Shown here one piece after another: positions 1 through 12,153 of a stretch of 64,000 bases of DNA. The first letter of the stretch is position 1; every line of letters starts with the position of its first letter. The stretch lies in contig JBMOQZ010000244.1 of the NCBI GenBank assembly GCA_049322475.1, positions 21,600 through 85,599 on the forward strand, given 5' to 3'. This DNA comes from Myxococcota bacterium (lineage in GTDB: Bacteria > Myxococcota_A > UBA796 > SXON01). The notes under the pieces were generated by a model. That model was not told the origin of the DNA. It did not search any database and was given only the letters and a program-made list of their open reading frames with translations. Both the position numbers and the translations under genes were made by a program.

Positions 1-924
1 ACCGCCAGCATCGGCGTGACGCTGAACGAGCCGCAGCACCGCTCCGCCGAGGACGTGCTGCGCGACGCCGACACGTCGATGTACCGCGCGAAGGCGATGG
101 GCCGGGCGCGGCACGCGGTGTTCGACCCGACGATGCACCAGCGCGCCTTCGCGCTTCTCCAGATGCAGAACGGGCTGCGCCGGGCGATCGAGCGGGGCGA
201 GCTCGCCGTCTTCTACCAGCCCATCATCAACATCCGCACGGGGCGCATCAAGGGCTTCGAGGCGCTGGTGCGCTGGCCCCGGTGGGGCGACCGCCCCGTG
301 CCGCCGGCCGACTTCATCCCGGTCGCCGAGGACACCGGCCTGATCGTGCCGCTGGGCCGCTGGGTGCTGCAGCAGGCCTGCCGCCAGCTGCGCGTGTGGC
401 GCACACGGTACCCCGCGCTGGGAACGCTCACCGTCAGCGTGAACCTGTCCGTCCGCCAGATCCAGCAGGACGACGTCATCGACTACGTCACCCGCTGCCT
501 GCGCGAGAGCGCGCTCCCCGGCGACGCGCTGACGCTCGAGATCACCGAGTCGGTCCTCATGGACGACGCGCCCACGATCATCGACGTCATCGGGCGGCTG
601 CGGAAGCTGCGCGTGCGCACCTGCATCGACGACTTCGGCACCGGCTACTCCTCGCTCTCGCTCCTGCACAAGCTCCCGGTCGACGCGCTGAAGATCGACA
701 AGAGCTTCGTCGACAAGATGTCGCAGGACGACAAGACCTCCATCGTCCGCACGATCGTCGAGCTCGCCCACGGCCTCGGGATGCACGTCGTCGCCGAGGG
801 CGTGGAGACGAGCGACCAGCTCGAGCTGTTGCGGGCGTTGCAGTGCGAGTACGCCCAGGGCTACCTGATGTCGAGGCCCGTCGGCGCGTCCGACGCTGAG
901 GCGATGCTGGCGACGAGCGGATAG
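1..924 (+). CDS. GGDEF-EAL protein, C-terminal part (c-di-GMP phosphodiesterase); 5' end lies outside the window
   Basis: GGDEF tail (ASIGV...ADTSMYRAK), then EAL motifs [42 protein letters not shown]. Confidence 0.95.
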   Translation, partial: TASIGVTLNEPQHRSAEDVLRDADTSMYRAKAMGRARHAVFDPTMHQRAFALLQMQNGLRRAIERGELAVFYQPIINIRTGRIKGFEALVRWPRWGDRPVPPADFIPVAEDTGLIVPLGRWVLQQACRQLRVWRTRYPALGTLTVSVNLSVRQIQQDDVIDYVTRCLRESALPGDALTLEITESVLMDDAPTIIDVIGRLRKLRVRTCIDDFGTGYSSLSLLHKLPVDALKIDKSFVDKMSQDDKTSIVRTIVELAHGLGMHVVAEGVETSDQLELLRALQCEYAQGYLMSRPVGASDAEAMLATSG

Positions 925-1006
925 GCGAGGCGCTGCCGCGTCCGCGGCCCCGCCCTGAAGGTCGCGTCGCGGTCGGGCTATAGTTCACCGTCCCCCGGTC
1001 CGGGCT

Positions 1007-2839
1007 TTGATCGGCAGCATCATCGACAAGTACGAGGTCCTGCAGAAGCTCGGCGAAGGTGCGACCGCGACCGTGTACCGCGGGCGTCACCTCACGATCG
1101 GCAAGGACGTCGCGATCAAGGTGCTGCACCCGCACCTCTCCGCGTCGAGCCGCTACCGCGAGCGCTTCAACCGCGAGGCCCGCGCCGTCGGGCGGCTCTC
1201 GCACCAGAACATCGTCTCGATCCTCGACTACAGCGGCCAGGGCGCCGACGACTGCTACATCGTCACCGAGCTCGTGGACGGCGTGACGCTCCAGGAGCTG
1301 CTCCACCAGCACGGGCGGCTGCCGAGCGAGATCGCCGCCATCGTCGGGGCCGACCTCGCCGACGCCCTCGCCTTCGCGCACCGCGAGGGCATCATCCACC
1401 GCGACATCAAGCCGGAGAACGTGATGATCCGGCGCGACGGGCGCGTGAAGCTCATGGACTTCGGCGTCGCCCGCGTGATGGACGAGGGCAGCATCACGCT
1501 GGACGGCTCGCTGCTCGGCTCGCCCGCGTACATGAGCCCCCAGCAGGCGCTGGACGAGCCGCTGGACGGCCGGAGCGACCTCTTCAGCCTCGGCACGGTC
1601 TTGTTCCACGCGCTGACCGGCCACGTCCCGTTCTCGGGGGGCAACGCCTCCGTCATCCTGCGGAACATCATCGAGGGCAACCGGCCCGAGGTGCTGGAGC
1701 TGGCGCCCGACGCGTCGCCGTCGGTCGCCGCGGTCATCGACCGGCTGATGCAGCAGCGCGCGGAGGACCGGTACGCCAGCGCCGAGGACAGCTCCGCGGC
1801 GCTGCGCGCCTGCCTCGCCGAGGTGCGGATCGCCGGCGACCACCCCACCGTCAACCTGCGCAACTACGTCGTCAACCCCGAGGGCTGCACCGACGCGCTG
1901 CTTTCGCACCTGCGGCCCACGCTGATGGAGGTCGGGCGCGAGCGGCTCGCCGACGGCGACCACCTCGGCGCGCTGCAGCTGTTCAACCGGCTGCTCGCGA
2001 TGGACGAGGAGAACGGCGAGGTCATCTCGCTCATCCAGTCGCTGCACTCGGGGCCGGACGCGAAGCGGCGCCCGCGCTGGATCGCGTTCGTCGCCGCGGC
2101 GGCCCTCCTGGTGGTGGGGGGCACGGCGTGGTGGACGTGGGGGCAGCGGGAGGACGCCAAGCCGCCGCCGGCGGCCGCGCACGTCGAGGCCGCGAAGGTG
2201 GAGCCCGCGCCCGCCCCGGCCACGCCGGCGCCCGCCGCGCCCGCCCCCACGGGCCCGCGAGAGGACCCCGCGCCGCCCGAGCCCGTGCGCGAGCCGGTCG
2301 CCAAGTCGGTTCGCGCCGTCGCGTCGTCGTCGCCCGCGCCCGCCGCGGCGCCCGCGCCGGCCGCGCTGCCCGCGCGCGTGATCCTCGAGATGAAGACCTG
2401 GGCCGACATCTACCTCGACGGCAAGAAGCTCGGCAGCCGCGGGCGCGGCAACTCCGCGGCGTGGGTGGGCACGCAGGTCAACCCCATCCTCGTCGAGCAC
2501 CCCGGCGAGCACGTGCTCGAGGCCCGCAACGACTACGCGGAGTCCGCCCCCATCAAGCTCGCGCTCACGTCGGGAGAGGAGCGGACGATCGAGGTCGAGC
2601 TCACGCCGAAGCCCGTGCCGGTGATGGTCCACCCCACGCTGCCGCTCGAGTGCCGCACCACCATCGGCCCCTACGCCTACGGCGGCGAGCGCGAGATCCC
2701 GCTCCGCGACCGCGACCCCGCCTGGAAGGTCGTCATCTCCTGCCCCGGCAAGGGCGACCTCGTCGAGACGCTCGGCCCCACCCAGCCGGGTGTCACGAAG
2801 GTGGTCGGGATGCCGGTCGAGGCGCGAGCGGAGCCGTGA
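1007..2839 (+). CDS. Membrane Ser/Thr (Hanks) protein kinase with Pro/Ala linker and PEGA-like C-terminal region
   Basis: LGEGATATVY, VAIK, HRDIKPEN, DFG, GSPAYMSP; TM helix WIAFVAAAALLVVGG; TTG start. Confidence 0.93.
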   Translation: MIGSIIDKYEVLQKLGEGATATVYRGRHLTIGKDVAIKVLHPHLSASSRYRERFNREARAVGRLSHQNIVSILDYSGQGADDCYIVTELVDGVTLQELLHQHGRLPSEIAAIVGADLADALAFAHREGIIHRDIKPENVMIRRDGRVKLMDFGVARVMDEGSITLDGSLLGSPAYMSPQQALDEPLDGRSDLFSLGTVLFHALTGHVPFSGGNASVILRNIIEGNRPEVLELAPDASPSVAAVIDRLMQQRAEDRYASAEDSSAALRACLAEVRIAGDHPTVNLRNYVVNPEGCTDALLSHLRPTLMEVGRERLADGDHLGALQLFNRLLAMDEENGEVISLIQSLHSGPDAKRRPRWIAFVAAAALLVVGGTAWWTWGQREDAKPPPAAAHVEAAKVEPAPAPATPAPAAPAPTGPREDPAPPEPVREPVAKSVRAVASSSPAPAAAPAPAALPARVILEMKTWADIYLDGKKLGSRGRGNSAAWVGTQVNPILVEHPGEHVLEARNDYAESAPIKLALTSGEERTIEVELTPKPVPVMVHPTLPLECRTTIGPYAYGGEREIPLRDRDPAWKVVISCPGKGDLVETLGPTQPGVTKVVGMPVEARAEP

Positions 2840-2901
2840 CGGCCCTGTCGCGACCCCCGACCGCTCCCCCGCGCCGAGCGCGGTCCCGCCGTGCTCTCCG
2901 C

Positions 2902-3270
2902 GTGTGGCACGTCGCTTGCTTCCTCCCTGGGTTGTCCGGGTGCATCGACTTCGGACCCATTCCACCACTCGGGGAGGGCAACGTGCCGCCGGAGATCAAG
3001 GCTCGCTCGTTCGAAAACGGCGAGACCATCGAGATCGGCCCCAACGGACAGCAGGTCTACGTGGTGGCCATCGACCCGGACGGCGACCCCGTCGAGTTCG
3101 TGTGGTCGTTCGGCCGCGGCGATCTCATCTCCGACGCCCAGCCCTTCGACGACGGCAGCCTCGTGAACCTCGCGTACGACGCGGAGCTCGACGGCGAGAC
3201 GCTCGAGTGCGAGATCTTCGACGAGTTCAACGAGACCCTCACGTTGTCCTGGCCGCTGGAGGTGCTGTGA
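2902..3270 (+). CDS. Small lipoprotein, Ig/PKD-like
   Basis: Lipobox LSGC; DPDGDP motif; start uncertain (alternative 2836). Confidence 0.65.
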   Translation: MWHVACFLPGLSGCIDFGPIPPLGEGNVPPEIKARSFENGETIEIGPNGQQVYVVAIDPDGDPVEFVWSFGRGDLISDAQPFDDGSLVNLAYDAELDGETLECEIFDEFNETLTLSWPLEVL

Positions 3271-4757
3271 AACGCGCGATCCTCTGGCTCGTCGTGCTCG
3301 CCGGCTGCTCCGGCGCCGCGGACTCCGCGAAGGCGCCCAACGCCGAGGAGACCGACGGCGCGGCCGACACCGCCCTCGACGTCGGCGCGCTGCGCGTGGA
3401 CGTCTTCCCGCCCGACGGCCTCGGTCTGTTGCCGCAGAGCCACGAGCTGCGCGGCGGCGCGGTCGAGGGCGCCACGTTCGAGCTCTTCCCCACCGTCACC
3501 TGGTCGGGCACGCTGGAAGGGCAGGTCACCCGCGGCTGGTCCGGCGCCGCCGAGGTGCCGTACACGGTCGAGCCGCTCGCGGCCACGTTCACCGCGTCGG
3601 TGAACGGGACCCGCCTGGGCGGCAGCGTCCAGAGCGACGCCGCGGGCCGCTTCGAGCTGCCGCTGCCCGCGTACGACGAGCCCTACGACCTGTCGATCGT
3701 CCCGCTCGACGCCGACCTCGCCCCCTTCCACGAGGAGGAGCGCCTCTTCGAGGACGACACGCGGGAGGACATCCTGCTCCCCGTCGGCCTCCCCGTGTAC
3801 GGGCGGGTCGCCGATTCGTCGGGGCGCGGCATCTCGCACGTCCCGATGCGGATCGTGCGCACCGACCTCGACGTCGAGGTCGCCAGCGCGACGTTCGAGA
3901 CCGACGAGAGCGGCTGGTACGTGACCCGCGTGGAGGGCACGGGCGCCTACGCCGTCGAGGTGCTCGGCGGCCTCACCGAGCGCGACGACCCCGAGGTGGT
4001 CCCGGCCCTGCGGACCGAGGTCCTCGTCGAGGACCCCGAGAACGGCGCCGCGCTGAACATCGACCTCGGCACGCTCGAGTCCGCCTCCGCGCGCGGCTAC
4101 GTCTACGACGCCGACGGCGAGGAGGTCCGCGACGCCGTCGTGCGCTTCACCGCCGAGGCGCTCGACGGCGCGACGGGCGAGCTCGTGATCGAGACCCAGG
4201 CCAACAGCGACGGCTACTTCGGGCTCGATCTGCTCCCGGGCACCTACACGATCGAGGTCATCCCGCCGTACTCGCCGGTCTCGACGCCGCGGGTGTACGT
4301 CGACGAGGTCATCGAGGCCGGCAGCAACGACCTCGGCACGCGCCGGGTCGACGGGTCCGCGACCCTCGCCGGCACCGTCGTCGACGCGCCGGAAGGCTCG
4401 CTCGTCGTGGCGACGCAGGTCGGCTACGGCAACGTGTACTCGGCGAAGACCAGCGGCGACGGGCGCTTCTCGATGGAGGTCCCGGCCGGCGAGTACGTCG
4501 TCCGCGTCACGCCGGCCGACGGCGACGCGGGCGCCATGACGTACCGGCAGCTCGCGACGGGCGACGACGCGCGGTTCGAGCTCGACCCCGGCGAGCCGCT
4601 GAGCGGGGCGGTCACGTTCGAGGGCGAGGCCGTCGCCTACGCGTTGTACGAGGTCTACGACGTCGCCTCGGGCGTGCTCGTGGCGCAGGGACGCACCGAC
4701 GAGTCCGGCGGCTTCGCGGTCCTCGTCCCCCAGGTGGAAGCCGACACCGGCGAGTAG
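3267..4757 (+). CDS. Lipoprotein with repeated carboxypeptidase-regulatory-like beta-sandwich domains
   Basis: GTGA overlap with the previous gene; lipobox LAGC; repeated G-x-V...(T/S)DxxGxF/Y...LPGTYTI motifs. Confidence 0.8.
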   Translation: MKRAILWLVVLAGCSGAADSAKAPNAEETDGAADTALDVGALRVDVFPPDGLGLLPQSHELRGGAVEGATFELFPTVTWSGTLEGQVTRGWSGAAEVPYTVEPLAATFTASVNGTRLGGSVQSDAAGRFELPLPAYDEPYDLSIVPLDADLAPFHEEERLFEDDTREDILLPVGLPVYGRVADSSGRGISHVPMRIVRTDLDVEVASATFETDESGWYVTRVEGTGAYAVEVLGGLTERDDPEVVPALRTEVLVEDPENGAALNIDLGTLESASARGYVYDADGEEVRDAVVRFTAEALDGATGELVIETQANSDGYFGLDLLPGTYTIEVIPPYSPVSTPRVYVDEVIEAGSNDLGTRRVDGSATLAGTVVDAPEGSLVVATQVGYGNVYSAKTSGDGRFSMEVPAGEYVVRVTPADGDAGAMTYRQLATGDDARFELDPGEPLSGAVTFEGEAVAYALYEVYDVASGVLVAQGRTDESGGFAVLVPQVEADTGE

Positions 4758-4779
4758 GGCGCGTGCTACCTTTCGCGCC

Positions 4780-5514
4780 ATGCTGACGGCGCTGCTCGCG
4801 GCTGTCCCCGTCGTGTTCGCCGAGGTGGCGGACGCGCGCGGGCGCCTCGCGGAGGCCATCCAACTCTACCTCGCCGGCGACAGCGCGGGCGCGCGCGCCG
4901 GCCTCACGGATCTGCTCGCCGCGGGGCCCACGCTGCCGCCGGACGTCCGCCAGGAGGCCCTCGCCTACCTCGGCGACCTCTACTACACCCAGGAGGACGC
5001 CAGCAAGGCCCGCCCCATCTTCGAGTCGCTGCTCGCCGAGGCCCCCGACTTCCCGATGGACCCGTTCAAGCACCCCCCCGAGGTGTGCGGGTACTTCGAG
5101 GACCTCCGCGAGGCGCGCCGCGCGGCGCTGCGACCGCCGGTCCTGCCCCCGCCGCCGGTGAAGGTCCCCTACCCCTGGCTCGCGCTCGCGCCCGGCGGCG
5201 TCCACTGGTTCGCCGACGGCAAGCCCCTCGTCGGGACGATCGTGCTCGTCACGCAGGCGGGCACCGCGGCGGCCTCGATCGTGACGTACGGCGAGGTCCA
5301 GGCCCAGCGCAAGCGCCACGACCCCGACTTCTACGGCGACGAGGAGGCGCGCACGGAGTTCGCGCAGCTCCTCTGGCTCAACCGCGCGGCTGGGGCAGCG
5401 TTCTGGGTGGCGTGGGCGACGCCCGCCATCGTCGAGACCACGAGCTGGGGCCGCGCGCAGAAGGTCTCGTTGCAGGTGGGCCCCACGAGCGTGGCGGTCA
5501 CGGGCTCCTTCTGA
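4780..5514 (+). CDS. TPR-like protein with C-terminal hydrophobic segments
   Basis: Signal-like N-terminus; EALAYLGDLYY...ARPIFESLL helical repeat. Confidence 0.7.
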   Translation: MLTALLAAVPVVFAEVADARGRLAEAIQLYLAGDSAGARAGLTDLLAAGPTLPPDVRQEALAYLGDLYYTQEDASKARPIFESLLAEAPDFPMDPFKHPPEVCGYFEDLREARRAALRPPVLPPPPVKVPYPWLALAPGGVHWFADGKPLVGTIVLVTQAGTAAASIVTYGEVQAQRKRHDPDFYGDEEARTEFAQLLWLNRAAGAAFWVAWATPAIVETTSWGRAQKVSLQVGPTSVAVTGSF

Positions 5515-5532
5515 TGCGTTAGAACGCGCGTC

Positions 5533-7317
<1,785 letters not shown>

Positions 7318-7395
7318 GGCCGAAGTATCGGTCCCATCAGCGTCCTGTCCCCACACGGCGCGTTATGTTACCCGATCCTTACACGCGGAGGCGTC

Positions 7396-8622
7396 GTGGC
7401 GAGCGTCAGCGTCCAGGAGATCGAGCCGGGGAAGTGGCGCCTGCGGTGGCGCGAATTCCCCGTCGTGGACGGCGTCCGTCGGGAGAAGACCCGCTCGTAC
7501 ACCGTCGGCGACCAGCGCACGGCCGAGAAGATCAAGGTGCAGATCCGCGACGCGCTGGACCTGCAGGGCACGTGGGACCCGCCCGTGGTCGTGGTCCGGA
7601 GCCCGTGCAACCTCGAGGCGAAGTCGGTCGACTGGCTCGTCGCGAAGCGCGCGCGCGGCCTGGAGGACTCCACGATCGGGACCGCGACGTCGGCGATCAC
7701 CGGTTTCTTCGCCGGCGTCCGCACGGTCAGGAAGATCGCGCCCGACGCCGCCATTCCCGGGACCGTCCTGAGCCGGAAGCTGTTCACGGACCTCCTCAAC
7801 CACTGGCGCGACACCGAGATGTCGGAGGGGAGGCGATATGACATCACCCGCTACGCGGCCGACTTCTGGGGCTGGCTCTCCGACGAGGACGAGGCCGACC
7901 GGGTCGGTGTCGAGCCCGCGCCCCGCGACCTGAAGTCCATCCTCCCGCGGAAGCCGACGCGCGGCGACCCGCCGCCCGCCCCCACGATCGCCGAGATGGA
8001 CGCCACCCTCCGCGAGGCCGGGCGCCGGCGCTCGCCGGAGCTGAAGGACGTCCTCACGGTCCTCCGCTTCACCGGCCTGCGCGAGGGCCAGGGCATGGCC
8101 ATCCGCGTGAAGGACGTCGAACTGCAGCCCGAACCGCGCCTGTGGGTCGACACCGGCAAGAGCCGCGCGGAGAAGCGGGGGCGCTGGGTGCCGATCTCCC
8201 CTCACCTCGCCGCGGTGTTCGCCCGCCTCGTCACCGGCAAGGCGCCGGAGGACCTGATCTTCGCGTGCGGGAACCGGAAGGACCGGACGATCCCGTCCTC
8301 GACCATGAAGGCGCTCCTCGAGGCGTGCGAAGAGCGCGGGGAGATCCGCGCCGACGTCTGGCGGCCGAAGTCGCGCGACAACTTCCGCACGACGCACATG
8401 TACCGGGCGGGGCTCCAGGCCTTCTGGGAGCGGCCGCCGCGCGGGAAGCGGCCGATCTCGCGGAAGGCGATCGACGCGCTCGTCGGGCACGCGCATGCCG
8501 GGGAGACCGTGCGCGACCTGCACTACTCGCCGGCGATCTGGGAGGAGATGAGGAGGGCCGTGGGCATGGTGCCGGAGGTGGACGGGAAGGGGGCGGCGAC
8601 GAAGGCGAGCGCTGCGTCGTAG
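7396..8622 (+). CDS. Tyrosine recombinase/integrase, catalytic residues present
   Basis: R (FTGLR), K (TGKS), HxxR (HMYR), H (LVGH), Y (LHYS); arm-binding-like N-terminus (KWRLRWR); GGAGG RBS. Confidence 0.85.
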   Translation: MASVSVQEIEPGKWRLRWREFPVVDGVRREKTRSYTVGDQRTAEKIKVQIRDALDLQGTWDPPVVVVRSPCNLEAKSVDWLVAKRARGLEDSTIGTATSAITGFFAGVRTVRKIAPDAAIPGTVLSRKLFTDLLNHWRDTEMSEGRRYDITRYAADFWGWLSDEDEADRVGVEPAPRDLKSILPRKPTRGDPPPAPTIAEMDATLREAGRRRSPELKDVLTVLRFTGLREGQGMAIRVKDVELQPEPRLWVDTGKSRAEKRGRWVPISPHLAAVFARLVTGKAPEDLIFACGNRKDRTIPSSTMKALLEACEERGEIRADVWRPKSRDNFRTTHMYRAGLQAFWERPPRGKRPISRKAIDALVGHAHAGETVRDLHYSPAIWEEMRRAVGMVPEVDGKGAATKASAAS

Positions 8623-8886
8623 AGTCGGGTCGTCTACTTGCGACGCTTCCGCGCGGTCTTCCGCCGCGCCCAGCGCCGGGCGGCGAGCGTTCGCCCGGCC
8701 TCGGACGCCACCTCCTCCTCGTCTCTGGAGCGCCGGCGGCGACGGGACGGAGCGCGCGGGCGCGACGGGGGCGGCTTGAACGGGCGCATGGACGACCTCG
8801 GGTGTGCCTCGTTCTACGCGGACCCCATCGGCCGCCACAGCCATGAACAAGGCGCCGTGCTTGTTCACGGGAGTACGATCGCGTCG

Positions 8887-9534
8887 ATGTCCGTGCGCGA
8901 GGTGCTTCGAGACGGGGACGCGGCCGAAGCCGCGCGCGACCTGGTGCGCCGCGGCCTGACCGACCCCCGCGAGGATCCGATCGTCCTCGACGCCGTGACC
9001 GGCTTCGTGGCTCTCCAGCGCCGGCTACGCGAGGCGGACGAGTGGATCCGGTGGCTCGCGGAGGCGCGCCGCGGTCTGGAGCGCCTCGTGTTCGAGTGTC
9101 CCGTCGGCGCGCTGCTGCAGCCGTCGTGGTTCGAGGAGACCGTCGCGGTGGGCGCCGACGCCGCGTTGCTGGTGCGGCGTCTCGACGGGGTTCACGCGGC
9201 CTTCGCCGAGGCCGTCCCCTCCGACCAGACCGGCGGGCGGCCGAGACGGCTGGTCCGCAACTTCGTCTACACCCTCGACACGCTGTGGGACCGAGACGGG
9301 CGGCCGCGCCTGACGCCCGCCGTGCTCGCGTTGATCGCGAAGGCCGTCGATCCGCTCGTCGAGGGCGCGATCTGGAGCGAGGCCATGGCGAACGTCGGCA
9401 GGCTCACGAACCCGACGCAGCCCTGGGCGGACCTCCTGCGCGCGGTTCGGTCGGTGGATCCGGGCTCGGTGTGCATCGAGACGTTCACCGTCAGGATGAT
9501 CGACCCGCGACCGGGCGGCGAGCCTGGAACGTGA
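8887..9534 (+). CDS. Hypothetical protein
   Basis: ATG after a GGGAG; protein-like composition; no recognisable motif. Confidence 0.55.
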   Translation: MSVREVLRDGDAAEAARDLVRRGLTDPREDPIVLDAVTGFVALQRRLREADEWIRWLAEARRGLERLVFECPVGALLQPSWFEETVAVGADAALLVRRLDGVHAAFAEAVPSDQTGGRPRRLVRNFVYTLDTLWDRDGRPRLTPAVLALIAKAVDPLVEGAIWSEAMANVGRLTNPTQPWADLLRAVRSVDPGSVCIETFTVRMIDPRPGGEPGT

Positions 9535-9910
9535 CCACGCTCACGACGGCCCGAAAGCACACTCGAACCAGCCAAAATGCCTGACTCTGGCAGAAGGCTC
9601 GAGCCCTCTGCCGGCACGCTGCAAGGGGCAAGTGCCATTCCTACCGGCCCTCGCGCCCACGAAGCGGCCGCGCTCGTGAGGGCGGGGAACACCCGGTCGG
9701 CTTGACAATTCCTTGACAAGCAGCCCCCTGATCACGCCGGCCGACGGGCGAACGCAGGGAATTCTGGGAGCATTCCACTGTGGGTAGCAAGATCGTCGGC
9801 ACCGATGAAGCACACGCCGCCACCTTGGGGTAGCACTTCCCGGCAGATCGCCTAGACGAGGAGCATGTCCAGCTTCTCCCGCGCGCTCGGGGGTCGCCGG
9901 ATCGCCGGGT

Positions 9911-10957
9911 ATGTGCGAGCTCTGGCGCCCCTCGTGGGCGCGGTGCTCGAGGTGCGCCCGCGTTCCCACGAACTCCGCGACCCGAGACGTGATGGCCGTC
10001 AACCGAGCCAGCCGCACCATGCACCGCCGCGCTGAAGTGAAGTGCGATCTGGCCGCCCTTGCCGTGCGGGCGCTCGCCGTGCACTACGGGCACGAGGCCG
10101 GCCGCCGGAACGCGGAGCGCATCGTCGAGAAGCACCTCCTCCCGAAATTCGGCGATCGCGATGCACGCGACCTCACGGCGTCCGACATCGCCGGCTGGAG
10201 GGACCGCATGGCCCGGTCGGGCTGCCAGCCGAAGACCTGCAACAACCGTCACACCGTCCTCGCCGCCGTTCTCGCCCAGGGCGTGCGCGAGGGCGCCCTG
10301 GAGCGCAACGTGGCCGCGGAGGTGCCGTATCTGCCCCTCCGCCGCGCGCCCCCGCCGCGCTGGGACCGCGGGCAGGTCGCCCGTTTCCTCGCCGTGACGA
10401 AGCAGCGGCGCCCCGAGCTCTACGTGCCCCTCCTCCTCGTGGTTCGGTGTGGCCTGCGCGTGAGCCGCGTACTGAGGCTGCGCGAGCGCGACATCGACTT
10501 CGAACGACGCGAGGTGCTCGGCGTGCACCTGCCCGAAGACGTCGCGCTGCTTCTCGCGGGGCGGGTCGCATCCACCGATCGTCCCCTCACGAAGACCTCC
10601 CCGAGCGCCCTTCGGAACCACGTCCGGCGCATTGCCCGGACCTTGGGTCTCCCGATGGTCTCCCTGCGGGGCCTCCTCGCGTCCGCGCTCCCCAACGCGC
10701 CTTCCGCGGCCCAGGTCCCGGACTCGCCCGGTTGGCTCGCGGGCATCCCGGACTCCGGCGCACGGGCCGTGTTCCAGCACCTCCACGACTTCGGCAGCGT
10801 CTCCGAGGACGAGGCCGCCCATCTACTCGGCGGACCGCGGGCGCTCCGCGCGTTCGCGCTACGCGTCGACGACTGGTCCGAGCTCACGCCGTTCACCGTG
10901 TTCGTCGAGCAGGGCGCATCGGGCAAACGCTACGTGCGTGGCGGAGCGTCACCGTGA
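9911..10957 (+). CDS. Degenerate integrase-like protein fused to a C-terminal domain resembling the tail of BREX type 6 PglZ
   Basis: Integrase core-binding region (HLLPKFG...LTASDI...PKTCNN), CGLR box I, no HxxR/Y; tail WLAGIPDSGARAVFQHLHDFGSVSEDEAAHLLGGPRALRAF...GKRYVRG; start uncertain. Confidence 0.7.
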   Translation: MCELWRPSWARCSRCARVPTNSATRDVMAVNRASRTMHRRAEVKCDLAALAVRALAVHYGHEAGRRNAERIVEKHLLPKFGDRDARDLTASDIAGWRDRMARSGCQPKTCNNRHTVLAAVLAQGVREGALERNVAAEVPYLPLRRAPPPRWDRGQVARFLAVTKQRRPELYVPLLLVVRCGLRVSRVLRLRERDIDFERREVLGVHLPEDVALLLAGRVASTDRPLTKTSPSALRNHVRRIARTLGLPMVSLRGLLASALPNAPSAAQVPDSPGWLAGIPDSGARAVFQHLHDFGSVSEDEAAHLLGGPRALRAFALRVDDWSELTPFTVFVEQGASGKRYVRGGASP

Positions 10958-12153
10958 AGCTCCCCCGCGACGTCGCGCTCCACGTGTTCGAGCGTCTGCG
11001 CGTGGGCGCGGTGCCAGATCGAGGCCTTGAGGCCTTCGCCGTGGGCGTGGGACCGCCCCGCCAGGAGATCGAGCGCCAGCTCACGATGGTGGCGGCCGGC
11101 GAGGGCCTCGTGAAATTCCTGAGCGGGCCCACCGGCGTCGGCAAGACCTTCCTCGCACGCCTCGCCTGTGTCGACGCGCGGCGACTCGGCTTCGCGACGA
11201 GCTGCATCGAGGTCGGTGAACGAAACCTGGGCGCTCACGCCGGTCTCCTCCACGACGTCTGCGCCAGCCTCTCGACGGCCACGGCGCTCTCGTCGGCGCT
11301 GGGCGACATCCTGGACCGGTGGTTCGCGCGCCAGGAACAGGCCGTTCAGAGCGCGGGCGCCGATCCCGACGCGCCGGACTTCGACCGCCGCGTGCGCAGG
11401 CGCATCGAGGACGAGCTGGGGTCCGGCCGCCTCGCGGAGGCGCCGAGGGACTTCACGCGATGTGTGCTCGCCATCTTCGACAGCAAGCAGGCGGGCCGGT
11501 ACGCGGAGGCGAGCGCGCTTCTCGCCTGGCTCGGCGGGAGCGCCAACGTCGCCGGCGCGTTCAAGCGAGCGGCGGGCCTGAAGGGCGAGATCGCGAGCGA
11601 AGACGCGCTCGCGTACCTGCGTGGCATGCTCCACATCGCCCGGTCTGCACGGTACCGCGGGATCGTCGTCGTGATCGACGAGCTCCAGCGGCTCCTCCAC
11701 GCGCGCGCGAACGCCCGGCGAGCGGCCCTGGACGGCCTTCGCCTGCTGGTCGACGAAGCGCCCTCGTTTCCGGGTCTATACTGGATCTTCGCGGGTACCG
11801 ACGAGTTCTTCGACTCCCACCGCGGGGTCGCGGGTCACCCCTCCCTCCACAGCCGCATCCGCCTCGTCGGCCATGACGGCGACGCCAGCCTCCGGCAACC
11901 GCGCATCGAGCTCCAGCCCTTCGATGCCGAGCGTCTCCGAAGCGTAGGTCTCGCCCTCCGCGACCTGTACCCCACCGACGACCGCCCCTGGCTCGAAAAC
12001 CGCGTGAGCGCGGACCGGATCGACACGCTCATCGCCGACCTGTCGAGCGCAACCTGGAGCGACATGGGTGTCGTTCCACGCGAGTTCCTTCGCCGCCTGG
12101 TCGAGCTCATGGACCGTGCCGAAGCGGCGCACCGTCCGCTGGCGCTCCCGTGA
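10954..12153 (+). CDS. brxD: BrxD-like (DUF2791) P-loop ATPase
   Basis: FERLRxGxVPxRGLEAFAVG N-terminus, Walker A GPTGVGKT, Walker B VVVIDE, GVVPREFLR; GTGA overlap. Confidence 0.85.
   Translation: MKLPRDVALHVFERLRVGAVPDRGLEAFAVGVGPPRQEIERQLTMVAAGEGLVKFLSGPTGVGKTFLARLACVDARRLGFATSCIEVGERNLGAHAGLLHDVCASLSTATALSSALGDILDRWFARQEQAVQSAGADPDAPDFDRRVRRRIEDELGSGRLAEAPRDFTRCVLAIFDSKQAGRYAEASALLAWLGGSANVAGAFKRAAGLKGEIASEDALAYLRGMLHIARSARYRGIVVVIDELQRLLHARANARRAALDGLRLLVDEAPSFPGLYWIFAGTDEFFDSHRGVAGHPSLHSRIRLVGHDGDASLRQPRIELQPFDAERLRSVGLALRDLYPTDDRPWLENRVSADRIDTLIADLSSATWSDMGVVPREFLRRLVELMDRAEAAHRPLALP

Noticed and set aside
2160-2375. GC-rich quasi-repeats
   Set aside because: They encode the ordinary Pro/Ala linker of the kinase
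7318-7395. attL direct repeat paired with sequence near 38690-38770
   Set aside because: No convincing repeat found by eye
9575-9625. Possible tRNA gene
   Set aside because: Only a hairpin resembling a 3' arm; no full cloverleaf or canonical TTCGA loop. Kept only as a possible att remnant
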